Shown here in pieces: positions 16,512 through 25,537 of a DNA stretch of 32,000 nucleotides (its first letter is position 1; each line of letters begins with the position of its first letter). Made by a program: the position numbers and the translations under genes. The stretch is from Pseudoalteromonas translucida KMM 520 (GTDB lineage Bacteria; Pseudomonadota; Gammaproteobacteria; Enterobacterales; Alteromonadaceae): contig NZ_CP011035.1 in assembly GCF_001465295.1 (NCBI RefSeq), positions 540,001-572,000 of the forward strand, in the 5' to 3' direction. The notes beneath the pieces were generated by a model. That model made no database searches. It saw only the letters and a program-made list of their open reading frames with translations, and had not been told where the DNA came from.

Positions 16512-17429
16512 ATGCGCAGCCTAGAACAAATTAAACAAGCAAGTCTTATTACAGCAATTAAAACACCTTATTTATCGAGTGGCGAAATTGACCTTGCAAC
16601 ATACGATCGCCTTGTTGAGTTACAAATAGCAGCTGGGGTTGACGGTATCGTTGTAGGCGGCACTACCGGCGAAGGCCAGTTAATGAACTGGGAAGAGCAC
16701 TTAATGCTCATAGCGCATAGCGTAAATAAGTTTAGCAGTAAGCTAGTAATTGTAGGTAATACGGGCAGTAATAATACCCGAGAAGCGATTAAAGCCACTA
16801 AATATGGTTTTGCCAGTGGTATGGATGCTGCTTTGCAAATTAACCCTTATTATGGGCGTACCTCTATTGCAGGTGTAAAAGAGCATTTAAAGCGTGTTCT
16901 TGATATTGGCCCCGCATTTATTTACAACGTAGCGGGGCGTACAGGACAAGACTTAACGCCTGATATTATTGAGCCATTAGCAAAGCACGAACATTTTATT
17001 GGTGTTAAAGAGTGCGGTGGTAACGAACGTATAGCTCATTATGAGAAGCAAGGCATAGCGTGTTGGTCGGGTAATGATGATGAAAGCCACGATGCTCGTC
17101 ATACTCATGGCGCTCATGGGGTTATTTCGGTCAGCTCTAATCTTATGCCAGAATTATTTCGCCAGTTAATGGATGCGCCTAATGCTGCGCTAAATACGTC
17201 ATTACAACCATTAATAAATTGGTTGTTTTGCGAGCCAAATCCAATTGCGATTAATACTGCACTCATGATGACTGAGGCAGTTAAACCGGTATTTAGATTA
17301 CCTTATTTACCCCTTAACGACGCGCAGCAACAGCAAGGTGAAAAGTTGATTAATCAGCTAAGCGCAAGTGATGTTGTTGGTGGCCATGCTCGCTGCATAA
17401 ATGAACAAGAATTCTTTTTAATATCATAG
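16512..17429 (+). CDS. dapA: 4-hydroxy-tetrahydrodipicolinate synthase (DapA/NAL-family class I aldolase)
   Basis: 305 aa with the motifs GGTTGEG, NPYYGRTS, YNVAGRTG, Schiff-base Lys in GVKECGG, and GVISVSSN. The WSGNDDE...GVISV block resembles plant-type DHDPS (from memory). Confidence 0.75.
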   Translation: MRSLEQIKQASLITAIKTPYLSSGEIDLATYDRLVELQIAAGVDGIVVGGTTGEGQLMNWEEHLMLIAHSVNKFSSKLVIVGNTGSNNTREAIKATKYGFASGMDAALQINPYYGRTSIAGVKEHLKRVLDIGPAFIYNVAGRTGQDLTPDIIEPLAKHEHFIGVKECGGNERIAHYEKQGIACWSGNDDESHDARHTHGAHGVISVSSNLMPELFRQLMDAPNAALNTSLQPLINWLFCEPNPIAINTALMMTEAVKPVFRLPYLPLNDAQQQQGEKLINQLSASDVVGGHARCINEQEFFLIS

Positions 17430-17436
17430 AATTATT

Positions 17437-17474
17437 AGCCAGCGCTGAATGAAAATTCAGCGCTGGCTTTTTTT
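17437..17474 (+). terminator. Strong rho-independent terminator after dapA-like gene
   Basis: 14-bp perfect stem agccagcgctgaat pairs with attcagcgctggct with a GAAA loop, followed by a T-run. Confidence 0.9.
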
Positions 17475-17546
17475 ATTGTTTATTTTACTTTTTTTGTTAA
17501 AAAATGTAAGATCCTTCGTCCTATCATTAACTAAATATGTATATTT

Positions 17547-18260
17547 GTGAAATTTGTTGTTGAACAACTCGCTACATGGATCCAGCCAGAACAGCGACAA
17601 ATAGAAAGCGATCATTGGTATGATAACTCGCCTATAACGCTTGATTGGGTTGCACCTATGCAACGCCGGCGTATGACTCGTTTTAGCAAAATGGTATTAC
17701 ACAGTGCCCAGCAAGTAAGTAGCGCAGATCAGCATACTAATTTATCTGCGGTGTTTTCATCGCGCCACGGGGACTTGCATAAAACAGCCAATTTATTAGT
17801 TGATATAGTTAACCAGCAACCATTATCGCCCACAGGTTTTGGCCTGAGTGTACACAATGCCGCTGCCGGACTCTTTAGTATTATAAAAAGTAATACCTGT
17901 GCAATGAATGCTATTGCAGCAGGGGCTGAGAGTTTTATGTGTGCAATTGTAGAAGCCTACATTCGTCTTGTTGATAGCAATGAGCAGTACATGTTAGTAG
18001 TCCATAGCGATGAAACCCTCCCCGATATATATAACCAATTTGCTGACGAGCTACAAATTACTCATTCCATTGCTATGATAGTGCGCCTTGCTCAAGCAAA
18101 TGAGCCGTGCTTTAGTTTAAATAAAGTACTTAACTCTGCTACAAAAAATAGTAACTTACCAATGAGCCTGCAAGGTGCTAAAGCCCTGCACGATAAAAAA
18201 AGTGCGATATTAACCCACACTACACTGGCTCATCATTGGCAACTTACCTACCATGATTAA
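17547..18260 (+). CDS. Beta-ketoacyl synthase N-terminal-like / chain-length-factor-like protein (ApeC equivalent)
   Basis: 237 aa with a GTG start. It is a half-size KS-like protein at the head of an APE-type operon, and its end overlaps the next gene by 8 nt. Confidence 0.6.
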   Translation: MKFVVEQLATWIQPEQRQIESDHWYDNSPITLDWVAPMQRRRMTRFSKMVLHSAQQVSSADQHTNLSAVFSSRHGDLHKTANLLVDIVNQQPLSPTGFGLSVHNAAAGLFSIIKSNTCAMNAIAAGAESFMCAIVEAYIRLVDSNEQYMLVVHSDETLPDIYNQFADELQITHSIAMIVRLAQANEPCFSLNKVLNSATKNSNLPMSLQGAKALHDKKSAILTHTTLAHHWQLTYHD

Positions 18261-19038
18261 ACACATTATAAGAATAACAGGGCTTTGTTGGCGTGTGCTT
18301 GCAACCGGTGTTTGTTTTAGCGTGTTTGGCATAGGTGGTTTAGTACTAACATTAGTGGTTTTTCCGCTGCAAAACGTATTAGAAGCAGATATAAACACCC
18401 GTAAAAACAGAGCAAGAGCGACAGTACATTACTGTTTTAAATTTTTTGTTGGGTTAATGCATCACACAGGCGTTATTCGTTTTAATATTAAAGACAAAGC
18501 CCAGCTTGCCAATTTAAGCGGAAAATTAGTACTTGCTAATCACCCCTCTTTAATTGATGTGGTTGTGCTTATATCTGTGATTAAAAATGCAGATTGCGTA
18601 GTGAAAGCCCATTTATTTAAAAACCCATTTATGCGTGGTGTAATTAAAAGTACTGGCTATATAAGTAACGAAGATCCAGAGGGGTTATTACGTGAATGTG
18701 AGCGCAGTATTAGTAAAGGAAATAACTTAATCGTTTTTCCTGAAGGCACACGTTCACAGCCCCATACGGCACTTAAGTTTAAACGAGGAGCGGCCAATAT
18801 AGCCCTTAGGTGCAATGCGCCAATCGCTACAGTATTAATAAAAATGCAGCCAAATACCTTAACCAAGGGTACACCTTGGTATAAAGTAGCGCCTTATCAA
18901 GCGCACTTTAGCTTGCAGCTGGCCAGCAAGCAGTTTAACAGTAACCTGGCTTATGTTAGTGACACACCCGCTATACAATCTCGGCATTTAACTAATAGCT
19001 TACAACATTATTTTACAGAAGAACTGAGCAATTTATGA
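18253..19038 (+). CDS. Lysophospholipid/1-acylglycerol-3-phosphate acyltransferase family protein (ApeD equivalent)
   Basis: 261 aa with an N-terminal TM segment. It has the LPLAT motif NHPSLID (HX4D) and FPEGTRS. Confidence 0.8.
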   Translation: MIKHIIRITGLCWRVLATGVCFSVFGIGGLVLTLVVFPLQNVLEADINTRKNRARATVHYCFKFFVGLMHHTGVIRFNIKDKAQLANLSGKLVLANHPSLIDVVVLISVIKNADCVVKAHLFKNPFMRGVIKSTGYISNEDPEGLLRECERSISKGNNLIVFPEGTRSQPHTALKFKRGAANIALRCNAPIATVLIKMQPNTLTKGTPWYKVAPYQAHFSLQLASKQFNSNLAYVSDTPAIQSRHLTNSLQHYFTEELSNL

Positions 19039-19292
19039 CTGAATTAAAAGTACAAATTAAACAATTAATTATATCTAGCCTTGATCTAGAAGATATGACA
19101 ACTGCAGACATTGCTGATGATGAAGCATTATTTGTTGATGGTTTAGGGCTCGATAGCATAGATGCATTAGAACTTGGTTTGGCAATAAAAAAACAATTTG
19201 ATGTGAAAATAGATGCCAATTCAGAGCAAACAAAAGCGCATTTTGCCTCGGTGAATTCTTTAGCAAACTTTATAGAACAAGCACGTTCTTAA
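19035..19292 (+). CDS. Acyl carrier protein (ApeE equivalent)
   Basis: 85 aa acidic protein with the phosphopantetheine site LGLDSIDALEL. It has an ATGA overlap with the upstream gene. Confidence 0.85.
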   Translation: MTELKVQIKQLIISSLDLEDMTTADIADDEALFVDGLGLDSIDALELGLAIKKQFDVKIDANSEQTKAHFASVNSLANFIEQARS

Positions 19293-19317
19293 ATTATAAA
19301 AATATATAGGAATAACA

Positions 19318-19563
19318 ATGAAAACCGCTGCTGAAATTTATGATGTATTACACGGCATTTTAGAAAACGATTTTGAGATAGACCCAGCCGATATAAACCT
19401 AGAGGCTAACTTATATCAAGACCTTGATTTAGACAGCATTGACGCTGTTGACTTGGTAGTAAAACTAAGAGAAATCACCGGTAAAAAAATTGATCCTGAT
19501 GCATTTAAACAAGTACGTACTGTGCAAAATGTAGTTAGCGAAATAGAAAAACTCGTTAACTAA
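19318..19563 (+). CDS. Acyl carrier protein (ApeF equivalent)
   Basis: 81 aa with the motif LDLDSIDAVDL. SD AGGA lies upstream. Confidence 0.85.
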   Translation: MKTAAEIYDVLHGILENDFEIDPADINLEANLYQDLDLDSIDAVDLVVKLREITGKKIDPDAFKQVRTVQNVVSEIEKLVN

Positions 19564-19567
19564 GTAA

Positions 19568-20134
19568 ATGCTTAAAGCCTTGCTAACCACCCTTATTATG
19601 CTTTGTTTGGCCTGCTACCCAGTTATAGTGTATGTGGGCCTGACGCAGTTTAATAGCCAACTGGTGTCGATCGTATTATTATTTTTGCTTGCACTACGCT
19701 TGTGGTTAAGCAAAGCACTATTTGACAAAATGCCGTGGTTAAAGCCAGCGACATTTTTAGCTGTGATCGCAATCGTATTGTCAAAAGTGTTCGACAGTGA
19801 TGTGGGTTTACGTTTATACCCGGTGATTATTAACACTGTGATGTTGCTCGTGTTTAGCTACTCACTTTATAAAGGGCCATCAATAATAGAAACCTTTGCC
19901 CGCATCACTGAGCCTGAGCTCGATGAGCAAGGTGTGCAATACACTAAAAAAGTAACTCAGGTGTGGTGCGTTTTTTTTATAGTTAATGGTGGTATTGCCT
20001 TATATACCAGCCTGTTTGCTAGTTTGGCAGTGTGGGCTTTTTATAATGGTGTGATTGCCTATGTAGCTATGGGCGTGTTGTTTGCCTTAGAGTGGCTAGT
20101 CAGGCTAAAAGTAAAAAGGAAAGCGCGTGTTTAG
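19568..20134 (+). CDS. Integral membrane protein of APE clusters (ApeG-position)
   Basis: 188 aa with ~5 hydrophobic helices. The position matches the small membrane protein between the ACPs and the AMP-ligase in APE clusters. Confidence 0.6.
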   Translation: MLKALLTTLIMLCLACYPVIVYVGLTQFNSQLVSIVLLFLLALRLWLSKALFDKMPWLKPATFLAVIAIVLSKVFDSDVGLRLYPVIINTVMLLVFSYSLYKGPSIIETFARITEPELDEQGVQYTKKVTQVWCVFFIVNGGIALYTSLFASLAVWAFYNGVIAYVAMGVLFALEWLVRLKVKRKARV

Positions 20135-21506
20135 TACATTTCAAAGTAAAATATTTCAAAGTAATAATGTTAGTGTGTGCTTTAATCATGAAAATAAGGC
20201 AGTGACGCAACGCCAGTTTGTTAGCGATGTTAATCGGCTATTAGCTAAGTATTCACCGGCCACAGCACCCACATCTGTAGTGTTATATAGCACTAATACT
20301 TATAAGTTTGCGGTAAGCTTAATGGCACTCACCTTGCGCGGTTGCACGGTTATATTGCCACCCAATGGCCAACCCGAAACACTCAAAGCCTTACTACAGC
20401 AAACGCCTTGTTTTTTAGGTGACTCAGAACTTGTTGAGCCACTGGGTATTGACCTAATTAATATAGAAAACTTGCCCGATCAACCTGGCTTTTTTCCTTT
20501 AGCGCAACTTGTTTGGCCCAAAGAAGGGAACTTGGTGTTCTACACCTCGGGATCAACAGGTAAAGCTAAGCCAATTGTAAAGTCGTGGCAAACAATTAAC
20601 AAAGAGCTGAGCATTTTATCAAGCAGTTATGCGTTAAAATGTATGCCAATGTTTATTGCTAGCGTATCGCATCAGCATATTTACGGGCTGTTATTTAGGT
20701 TGTTGTGGCCGCTTAGTACCGGACATGTCGTTGATACCGATTTACTGCACTACCCAGAACATATAGCCGCCAAGCTCAAGGGCGCTAAACAAGTGGTGTT
20801 AATTTCTAGCCCCGCACAGCTAAAACGATTATGCGCAGACAACGTATTAATTGAACAAAAATCTCATTTACAATGGATATTTTCATCAGGTGGGCCACTG
20901 GCAAACGAAGATGCAGTATCGCTATTCAGCCAGTTAAATAAACCAATAACACAAGTGTTTGGCAGTACCGAAACCGGTGGTATAGGGTATCGACAAGTTA
21001 CCTCGCTTGAAAACGTGAGCTCGTGGCAGCCGTTTTCAGGTATAAAAATGAGTGTTGGCACAGACGATAGGCTCTTTTTAAATTCACCGCTAGTGAACCA
21101 CAAAGATTACTCGCTTGACGATAGAGGTTTGGTGCTTAAAAACGGTCAATTTAAACTGCTTGGTCGATTAGACCGCATCATAAAGTTAGAAGAAAAGCGC
21201 CTCAGTTTAGACGAACTAGAACACCACTTAGCAAGCAGTGAGTGGGTAAACGACGTTAAAGTAATTGTATTACCTGGGGCAAGGCAAGTAATAGGTGCGG
21301 TAGTTGTGCTTAGCCAGCAAGGGGTAAAACATTTACAAAGTGAAAGTAAATTAGCCACTAATAAGCTTTTAAAAGAGCATGCACTAACGCGTTTTGAGCG
21401 CATTTGTACGCCTAAAAAGTGGCGTTTTATAGAGCAGTTACCTTATAACAGCCAAGCTAAATTAAACTTAAAAGCATTGGAGCACCTTTTTGACAAAGTT
21501 GATTAA
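20127..21506 (+). CDS. AMP-dependent synthetase/ligase (aryl-starter adenylating enzyme, ApeH equivalent)
   Basis: 459 aa with the AMP-binding core motif YTSGSTGKAKP and GSTETGG. It overlaps both neighbours. Confidence 0.85.
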   Translation: MFSTFQSKIFQSNNVSVCFNHENKAVTQRQFVSDVNRLLAKYSPATAPTSVVLYSTNTYKFAVSLMALTLRGCTVILPPNGQPETLKALLQQTPCFLGDSELVEPLGIDLINIENLPDQPGFFPLAQLVWPKEGNLVFYTSGSTGKAKPIVKSWQTINKELSILSSSYALKCMPMFIASVSHQHIYGLLFRLLWPLSTGHVVDTDLLHYPEHIAAKLKGAKQVVLISSPAQLKRLCADNVLIEQKSHLQWIFSSGGPLANEDAVSLFSQLNKPITQVFGSTETGGIGYRQVTSLENVSSWQPFSGIKMSVGTDDRLFLNSPLVNHKDYSLDDRGLVLKNGQFKLLGRLDRIIKLEEKRLSLDELEHHLASSEWVNDVKVIVLPGARQVIGAVVVLSQQGVKHLQSESKLATNKLLKEHALTRFERICTPKKWRFIEQLPYNSQAKLNLKALEHLFDKVD

Positions 21507-21849
21507 AACGCAGCCGCAACTACTTAAATGTGAGCAAACCGAGCAAGGTTATCAATTAAGTTTATTTGTGCCCAAGGATTTAGATTACTTTAATGGCCAT
21601 TTTAAAGACGGCCCTATTTTAGCAGGCGTAGTGCAGCTAGATTGGGCGATTGCTGCAATTTGTAAGCAGTATAATATTCAATTCGCAGTAAAAAATGTCG
21701 AAGTGCTAAAGTTTCAGGTGGTGATTACTCCGGGCCTTACTATGGTATTAGCCATAGAGCAAAAAGCGCTTAATAAGTATGTGTTTTCTTATCGCTCGGC
21801 TAAGGGACAACACGCGTCTGGGCGGATTGTTTTTGAAAGTGTTGCTTAA
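21490..21849 (+). CDS. Hotdog-fold dehydratase (ApeI-like)
   Basis: 119 aa with a TTG start overlapping the ligase gene. It has a FNGHF...PILAGVVQLDW hotdog-like core, and the position matches apeI. Confidence 0.6.
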   Translation: MTKLIKTQPQLLKCEQTEQGYQLSLFVPKDLDYFNGHFKDGPILAGVVQLDWAIAAICKQYNIQFAVKNVEVLKFQVVITPGLTMVLAIEQKALNKYVFSYRSAKGQHASGRIVFESVA

Positions 21850-22599
21850 ATGAATAAGTTTTGTATAGTGATTCCAAACTACAATCATACCTCAGTGATA
21901 GCGGCGGTATTAACCAGCCTAACTGAATATAACTTACCAATTATTATGGTTGATGATGCAAGTAATGATGCAGCTAAAACAGTGTTTTCTGCACTTGCAC
22001 AGCAGCATCCGTTACTTACAATTGTTACCCATGCGCACAACCAAGGTAAAGGTGGGGCGGTTCAAAGCGGTTTGCATTATGCGTATCAGCAAGGGTATTC
22101 CCATGCTATTCAAGTTGATGCCGACGGCCAACATAATTTGGCCGATTTAGCGCAGCTTTTGCGCCTGTCAAACGCCAATCCACAGGCATTAGTAAGCTGT
22201 TGCCCAATATACGACGCTTCAGTGCCTAAGCATCGCTATTTAGCACGGTACTTAACCCATGTGTGGGTATGGATTGAAACTCTCAGCTTTGAAATTGTTG
22301 ACTCTATGTGTGGTTTTAGAGTGTATCCGCTGGGTGCCTGCGAAAAACTGTTAAAAGAAGTTAAGCTGGGCAAGCGGATGGATTTTGATCCTGAAATATT
22401 AGTGCGTTTATATTGGCGTAATGTGCCGTTTATATTTTTACCTAGCCAAGTGATCTATCCAGAAAATGGGCTTTCTCACTTTCAGCCATTGCACGACAAC
22501 GTGCGTATTTCTTGGCTGCATACGCGATTGTTTTTTGGTATGTTAGTGCGCTCGCCTTGGCTAATAGCACACAAAGTAAAGAGACGTTATGGCCGTTAA
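21850..22599 (+). CDS. Family 2 glycosyltransferase (ApeJ equivalent)
   Basis: 249 aa with a GT-A N-terminus (IVIPNYNH...VDDASND...QVDADGQH). Confidence 0.8.
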   Translation: MNKFCIVIPNYNHTSVIAAVLTSLTEYNLPIIMVDDASNDAAKTVFSALAQQHPLLTIVTHAHNQGKGGAVQSGLHYAYQQGYSHAIQVDADGQHNLADLAQLLRLSNANPQALVSCCPIYDASVPKHRYLARYLTHVWVWIETLSFEIVDSMCGFRVYPLGACEKLLKEVKLGKRMDFDPEILVRLYWRNVPFIFLPSQVIYPENGLSHFQPLHDNVRISWLHTRLFFGMLVRSPWLIAHKVKRRYGR

Positions 22600-23548
22600 A
22601 CATTGGTCTAAAATGCAAGAGCGCGGTAATTATTTAGGCATTCAAACCCTGCTATTTACACATAAAATACTGGGCCGCAAAGGGCTGTGGCTAATTTTGT
22701 TTCCTGTGGTGGTGTATCTTTTTATTACCGGTAGGGTTGCCCGTGCTGCTTCAAAACAGTTTTTACAGCAAGTTAATTTGTACACCGGCACTGGGCAAAG
22801 CGTGACACTTAAGCAGCAACTAAAGCACTTTTGCAGTTTTGCCGACAGCGCCTTTGATAAAATAGATGGTTGGCTTGGGCGTATTAGCTTAAGTGATATT
22901 GAATATACCAACGAGCATTTATTTAGCCAATTAAATGAGCAACGCCAAGGGGCTATTTTTATTGGCTCGCATTTGGGTAATTTAGAAGTCTGCCGAGCGC
23001 TTAGCCAACATCGCAGTGGCAAAGTTATTAACGTGCTGGTGTTTACTCACCATGCAGTAGAGTTTAATAAAATGCTGAAAAAAATTAACCCCAACGTAGT
23101 GGTTAATTTAATTCAAGTAACCGATTTAGGCCCAGGTTTAGCTATTTTATTGAAAGAAAAAATTGAGCAAGGCGAAATTATTGTTATTGTTGGCGATCGC
23201 ACCAGTACCACCACTGCCGCGCGTTCTGTGCAAGTGCCTTTTTTAGACAAGCCAGCCCCGTTTTCGCAAGGGCCTTTTATTTTAGCTGCATTACTTGATT
23301 GCCCAGTTTATTTTTTATTTTGTTTAAAAGATAAGAAAATCAATAAGTACCACGTAATATTTGAGCAATACAGCAACAGCTTAAAAATGCCCCGCACCCA
23401 ACGACAGGCAATTTTAAACCAAGTTATTACAGACTATGCGCAGCGTTTAGGTCACTATGCGGCGCAATATCCTTATCAATGGTTTAATTTTTACGATTTT
23501 TGGCAAAGTGATCAGCAAGTCGCCCGCGATCAAGCAAAGGAGAAATAG
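22589..23548 (+). CDS. LpxL/HtrB-like lipid A biosynthesis (lauroyl/myristoyl) acyltransferase family protein
   Basis: 319 aa with an N-terminal TM segment. It has the HLGNLE motif (the HxxxxE/D of the LpxL family) and the typical C-terminus ...YPYQWFNFYDFW. Confidence 0.7.
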   Translation: MAVKHWSKMQERGNYLGIQTLLFTHKILGRKGLWLILFPVVVYLFITGRVARAASKQFLQQVNLYTGTGQSVTLKQQLKHFCSFADSAFDKIDGWLGRISLSDIEYTNEHLFSQLNEQRQGAIFIGSHLGNLEVCRALSQHRSGKVINVLVFTHHAVEFNKMLKKINPNVVVNLIQVTDLGPGLAILLKEKIEQGEIIVIVGDRTSTTTAARSVQVPFLDKPAPFSQGPFILAALLDCPVYFLFCLKDKKINKYHVIFEQYSNSLKMPRTQRQAILNQVITDYAQRLGHYAAQYPYQWFNFYDFWQSDQQVARDQAKEK

Positions 23549-23550
23549 AA

Positions 23551-25095
23551 GTGCCAGTTCAAAACACACAGCTTTTTGGTCAGCAGCGATTATCAATCGA
23601 AAACATTGTTGATATTGCGCATAACTACACCCAAGTGCAAATTAGTGATTGCAGCAAATTTAGTAGCAAAATTAACAGCGCGCTGAGTTTTTTAGATACA
23701 TTATTAAAAGAAGACGGCGTTATTTACGGCGTAACTACCGGCTATGGCGACTCTGTAACCGTAGCAGTACCATTAAACTTAGTAGATGAACTACCCCTGC
23801 ATTTAACGCGATTTCATGGATGTGGATTAGGCGACGTATTTAATAAAGTACAAGGACGAGCAATTTTAGCCACGCGGCTTACGTCTTTATCGCAAGGCTA
23901 CTCGGGTATTAGCTGGGAAATGCTGAATTTACTGCGCGACTACTTAAATCACGATATTGTACCGGTTATTCCTCAAGAGGGATCGGTAGGTGCCAGTGGC
24001 GACTTAACGCCATTATCTTATGTTGCCGGTGCTATGGTAGGCGAGCGCGACGTATATTATAAAGACACCGTACGTAATAGCTTAGCAGTAATGCAAGAAG
24101 TGGGTTTAACGCCGCTCGTGCTGCGCCCAAAAGAAGGCCTTGCAGTAATGAATGGCACTGCAGTAATGACCGCATTAGCCTGCTTAGCATTCGACAGAGC
24201 CAATTATTTAGCCAAATTAGCCAGTCGTATTACCGCCATTGCCAGCTTAGCGCTCAAAGGTAATAGTCATCATTTTGATGAAATTTTATTCTCGGTAAAA
24301 CCCCACCCAGGGCAGCAGCAAATAGCACGTTGGATCAGAGATGATTTAAATCATCACGACCATCCACGTAATGCCGACCGACTGCAAGATCGCTACTCAA
24401 TTCGCTGTGCGCCGCATGTTATTGGTGTACTGCAAGACAGCTTGCCGTTTTTTAGGCAAATGATCGAAAACGAATTAAACTCAGCCAACGACAACCCTAT
24501 TATTGATGGCGAAGGGGAGCATGTACTGCACGGCGGGCATTTTTATGGCGGCCACATTGCCATGGCAATGGACAGCATGAAAACCGCAGTAGCTAATTTA
24601 GCCGATTTAGCCGACCGACAAATAGCCTCGTTGGTTGATACTAAATATAACAATGGCTTGGCGTCTAATTTATCCGACAGTGCCCCTGAGCGCCGTTATA
24701 TAAATCATGGTTTTAAAGCGGTACAAATTGGTGCCAGTGCTTATACGGCTGAGGCATTAAAATTAACTATGCCTGCCAGTGTGTTTTCGCGCTCTACCGA
24801 GTGTCACAACCAAGACAAAGTGAGTATGGGAACCATAGCCTCGCGCGATTGTTTACGTATTTTACAGCTTACCGAGCAAGTGATGGCCAGTACCTTATTA
24901 GCCGCTATTCAAGGGTTAAGGCTGCGAATTAAACAAGGCGAATTAGAATTTACGAGTTTAACTGACGATATGCAGCATATGTATAGCGATATAACCGGTT
25001 ACTTTGAAAACCTGACCGAAGACAGACCCATGGAAGCGGTGCTAAGACAAACTATTAGTTATATTCAAAGCAAACGCTGGACGCTTTATGAATAA
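23551..25095 (+). CDS. Aromatic amino acid ammonia-lyase (MIO-dependent HAL/PAL/TAL family)
   Basis: 514 aa with a GTG start 8 nt after AGGAG. The MIO-forming triad is in GSVGASGDLTPLSY, and the GYGD..., NDNP and YGGHF-type motifs are present. Confidence 0.9.
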   Translation: MPVQNTQLFGQQRLSIENIVDIAHNYTQVQISDCSKFSSKINSALSFLDTLLKEDGVIYGVTTGYGDSVTVAVPLNLVDELPLHLTRFHGCGLGDVFNKVQGRAILATRLTSLSQGYSGISWEMLNLLRDYLNHDIVPVIPQEGSVGASGDLTPLSYVAGAMVGERDVYYKDTVRNSLAVMQEVGLTPLVLRPKEGLAVMNGTAVMTALACLAFDRANYLAKLASRITAIASLALKGNSHHFDEILFSVKPHPGQQQIARWIRDDLNHHDHPRNADRLQDRYSIRCAPHVIGVLQDSLPFFRQMIENELNSANDNPIIDGEGEHVLHGGHFYGGHIAMAMDSMKTAVANLADLADRQIASLVDTKYNNGLASNLSDSAPERRYINHGFKAVQIGASAYTAEALKLTMPASVFSRSTECHNQDKVSMGTIASRDCLRILQLTEQVMASTLLAAIQGLRLRIKQGELEFTSLTDDMQHMYSDITGYFENLTEDRPMEAVLRQTISYIQSKRWTLYE

Positions 25096-25516
25096 TAAAG
25101 GCGCGTTACTTTCGCACAGTGTAGAAATAGAAATTCCTTTTCATGATTGCGATCCAATGAACGTAGTATGGCATGGTAATTACCCACGCTATTTAGAAGT
25201 TGCTCGTTGTGAGTTACTCAGAATATTTGACTACGACTACCTGCAAATGAAAGACTCTGGTTTTGCGTGGCCCATTGTTGATATGCAAATTAAATACGTA
25301 GCATCGGCTGTATTTACACAAAAAATTAAAGTAGCAGCGTATTTAAAAGAGTATGAAAACCGCTTACGTATTGATTATGTTATTACCGATGCAATCAGTA
25401 ATAAGCGCATTACCAAGGCGTCTACTACACAAGTGGCGGTAGAAATTAGCTCCAAAGAAATGCAATTTGTTTCACCCCCTATACTTTATGAAAAACTAGC
25501 CCCTTTTTTAAAGTAG
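25088..25516 (+). CDS. 4HBT/YbgC-type acyl-CoA/ACP thioesterase (ApeK equivalent)
   Basis: 142 aa hotdog protein with the N-terminal catalytic motif HDCDPMNVVWHGNY. Confidence 0.8.
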   Translation: MNNKGALLSHSVEIEIPFHDCDPMNVVWHGNYPRYLEVARCELLRIFDYDYLQMKDSGFAWPIVDMQIKYVASAVFTQKIKVAAYLKEYENRLRIDYVITDAISNKRITKASTTQVAVEISSKEMQFVSPPILYEKLAPFLK

Positions 25517-25537
25517 CTGGCAATTAAAGGAGAAGGA

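Noticed and set aside
17457-17663. 68-aa minus-strand ORF spanning the dapA terminator and the start of the APE operon
   Set aside because: It runs through a 14-bp terminator stem and the operon's promoter and start region. It is K/F/N-rich AT-driven sequence with no RBS.
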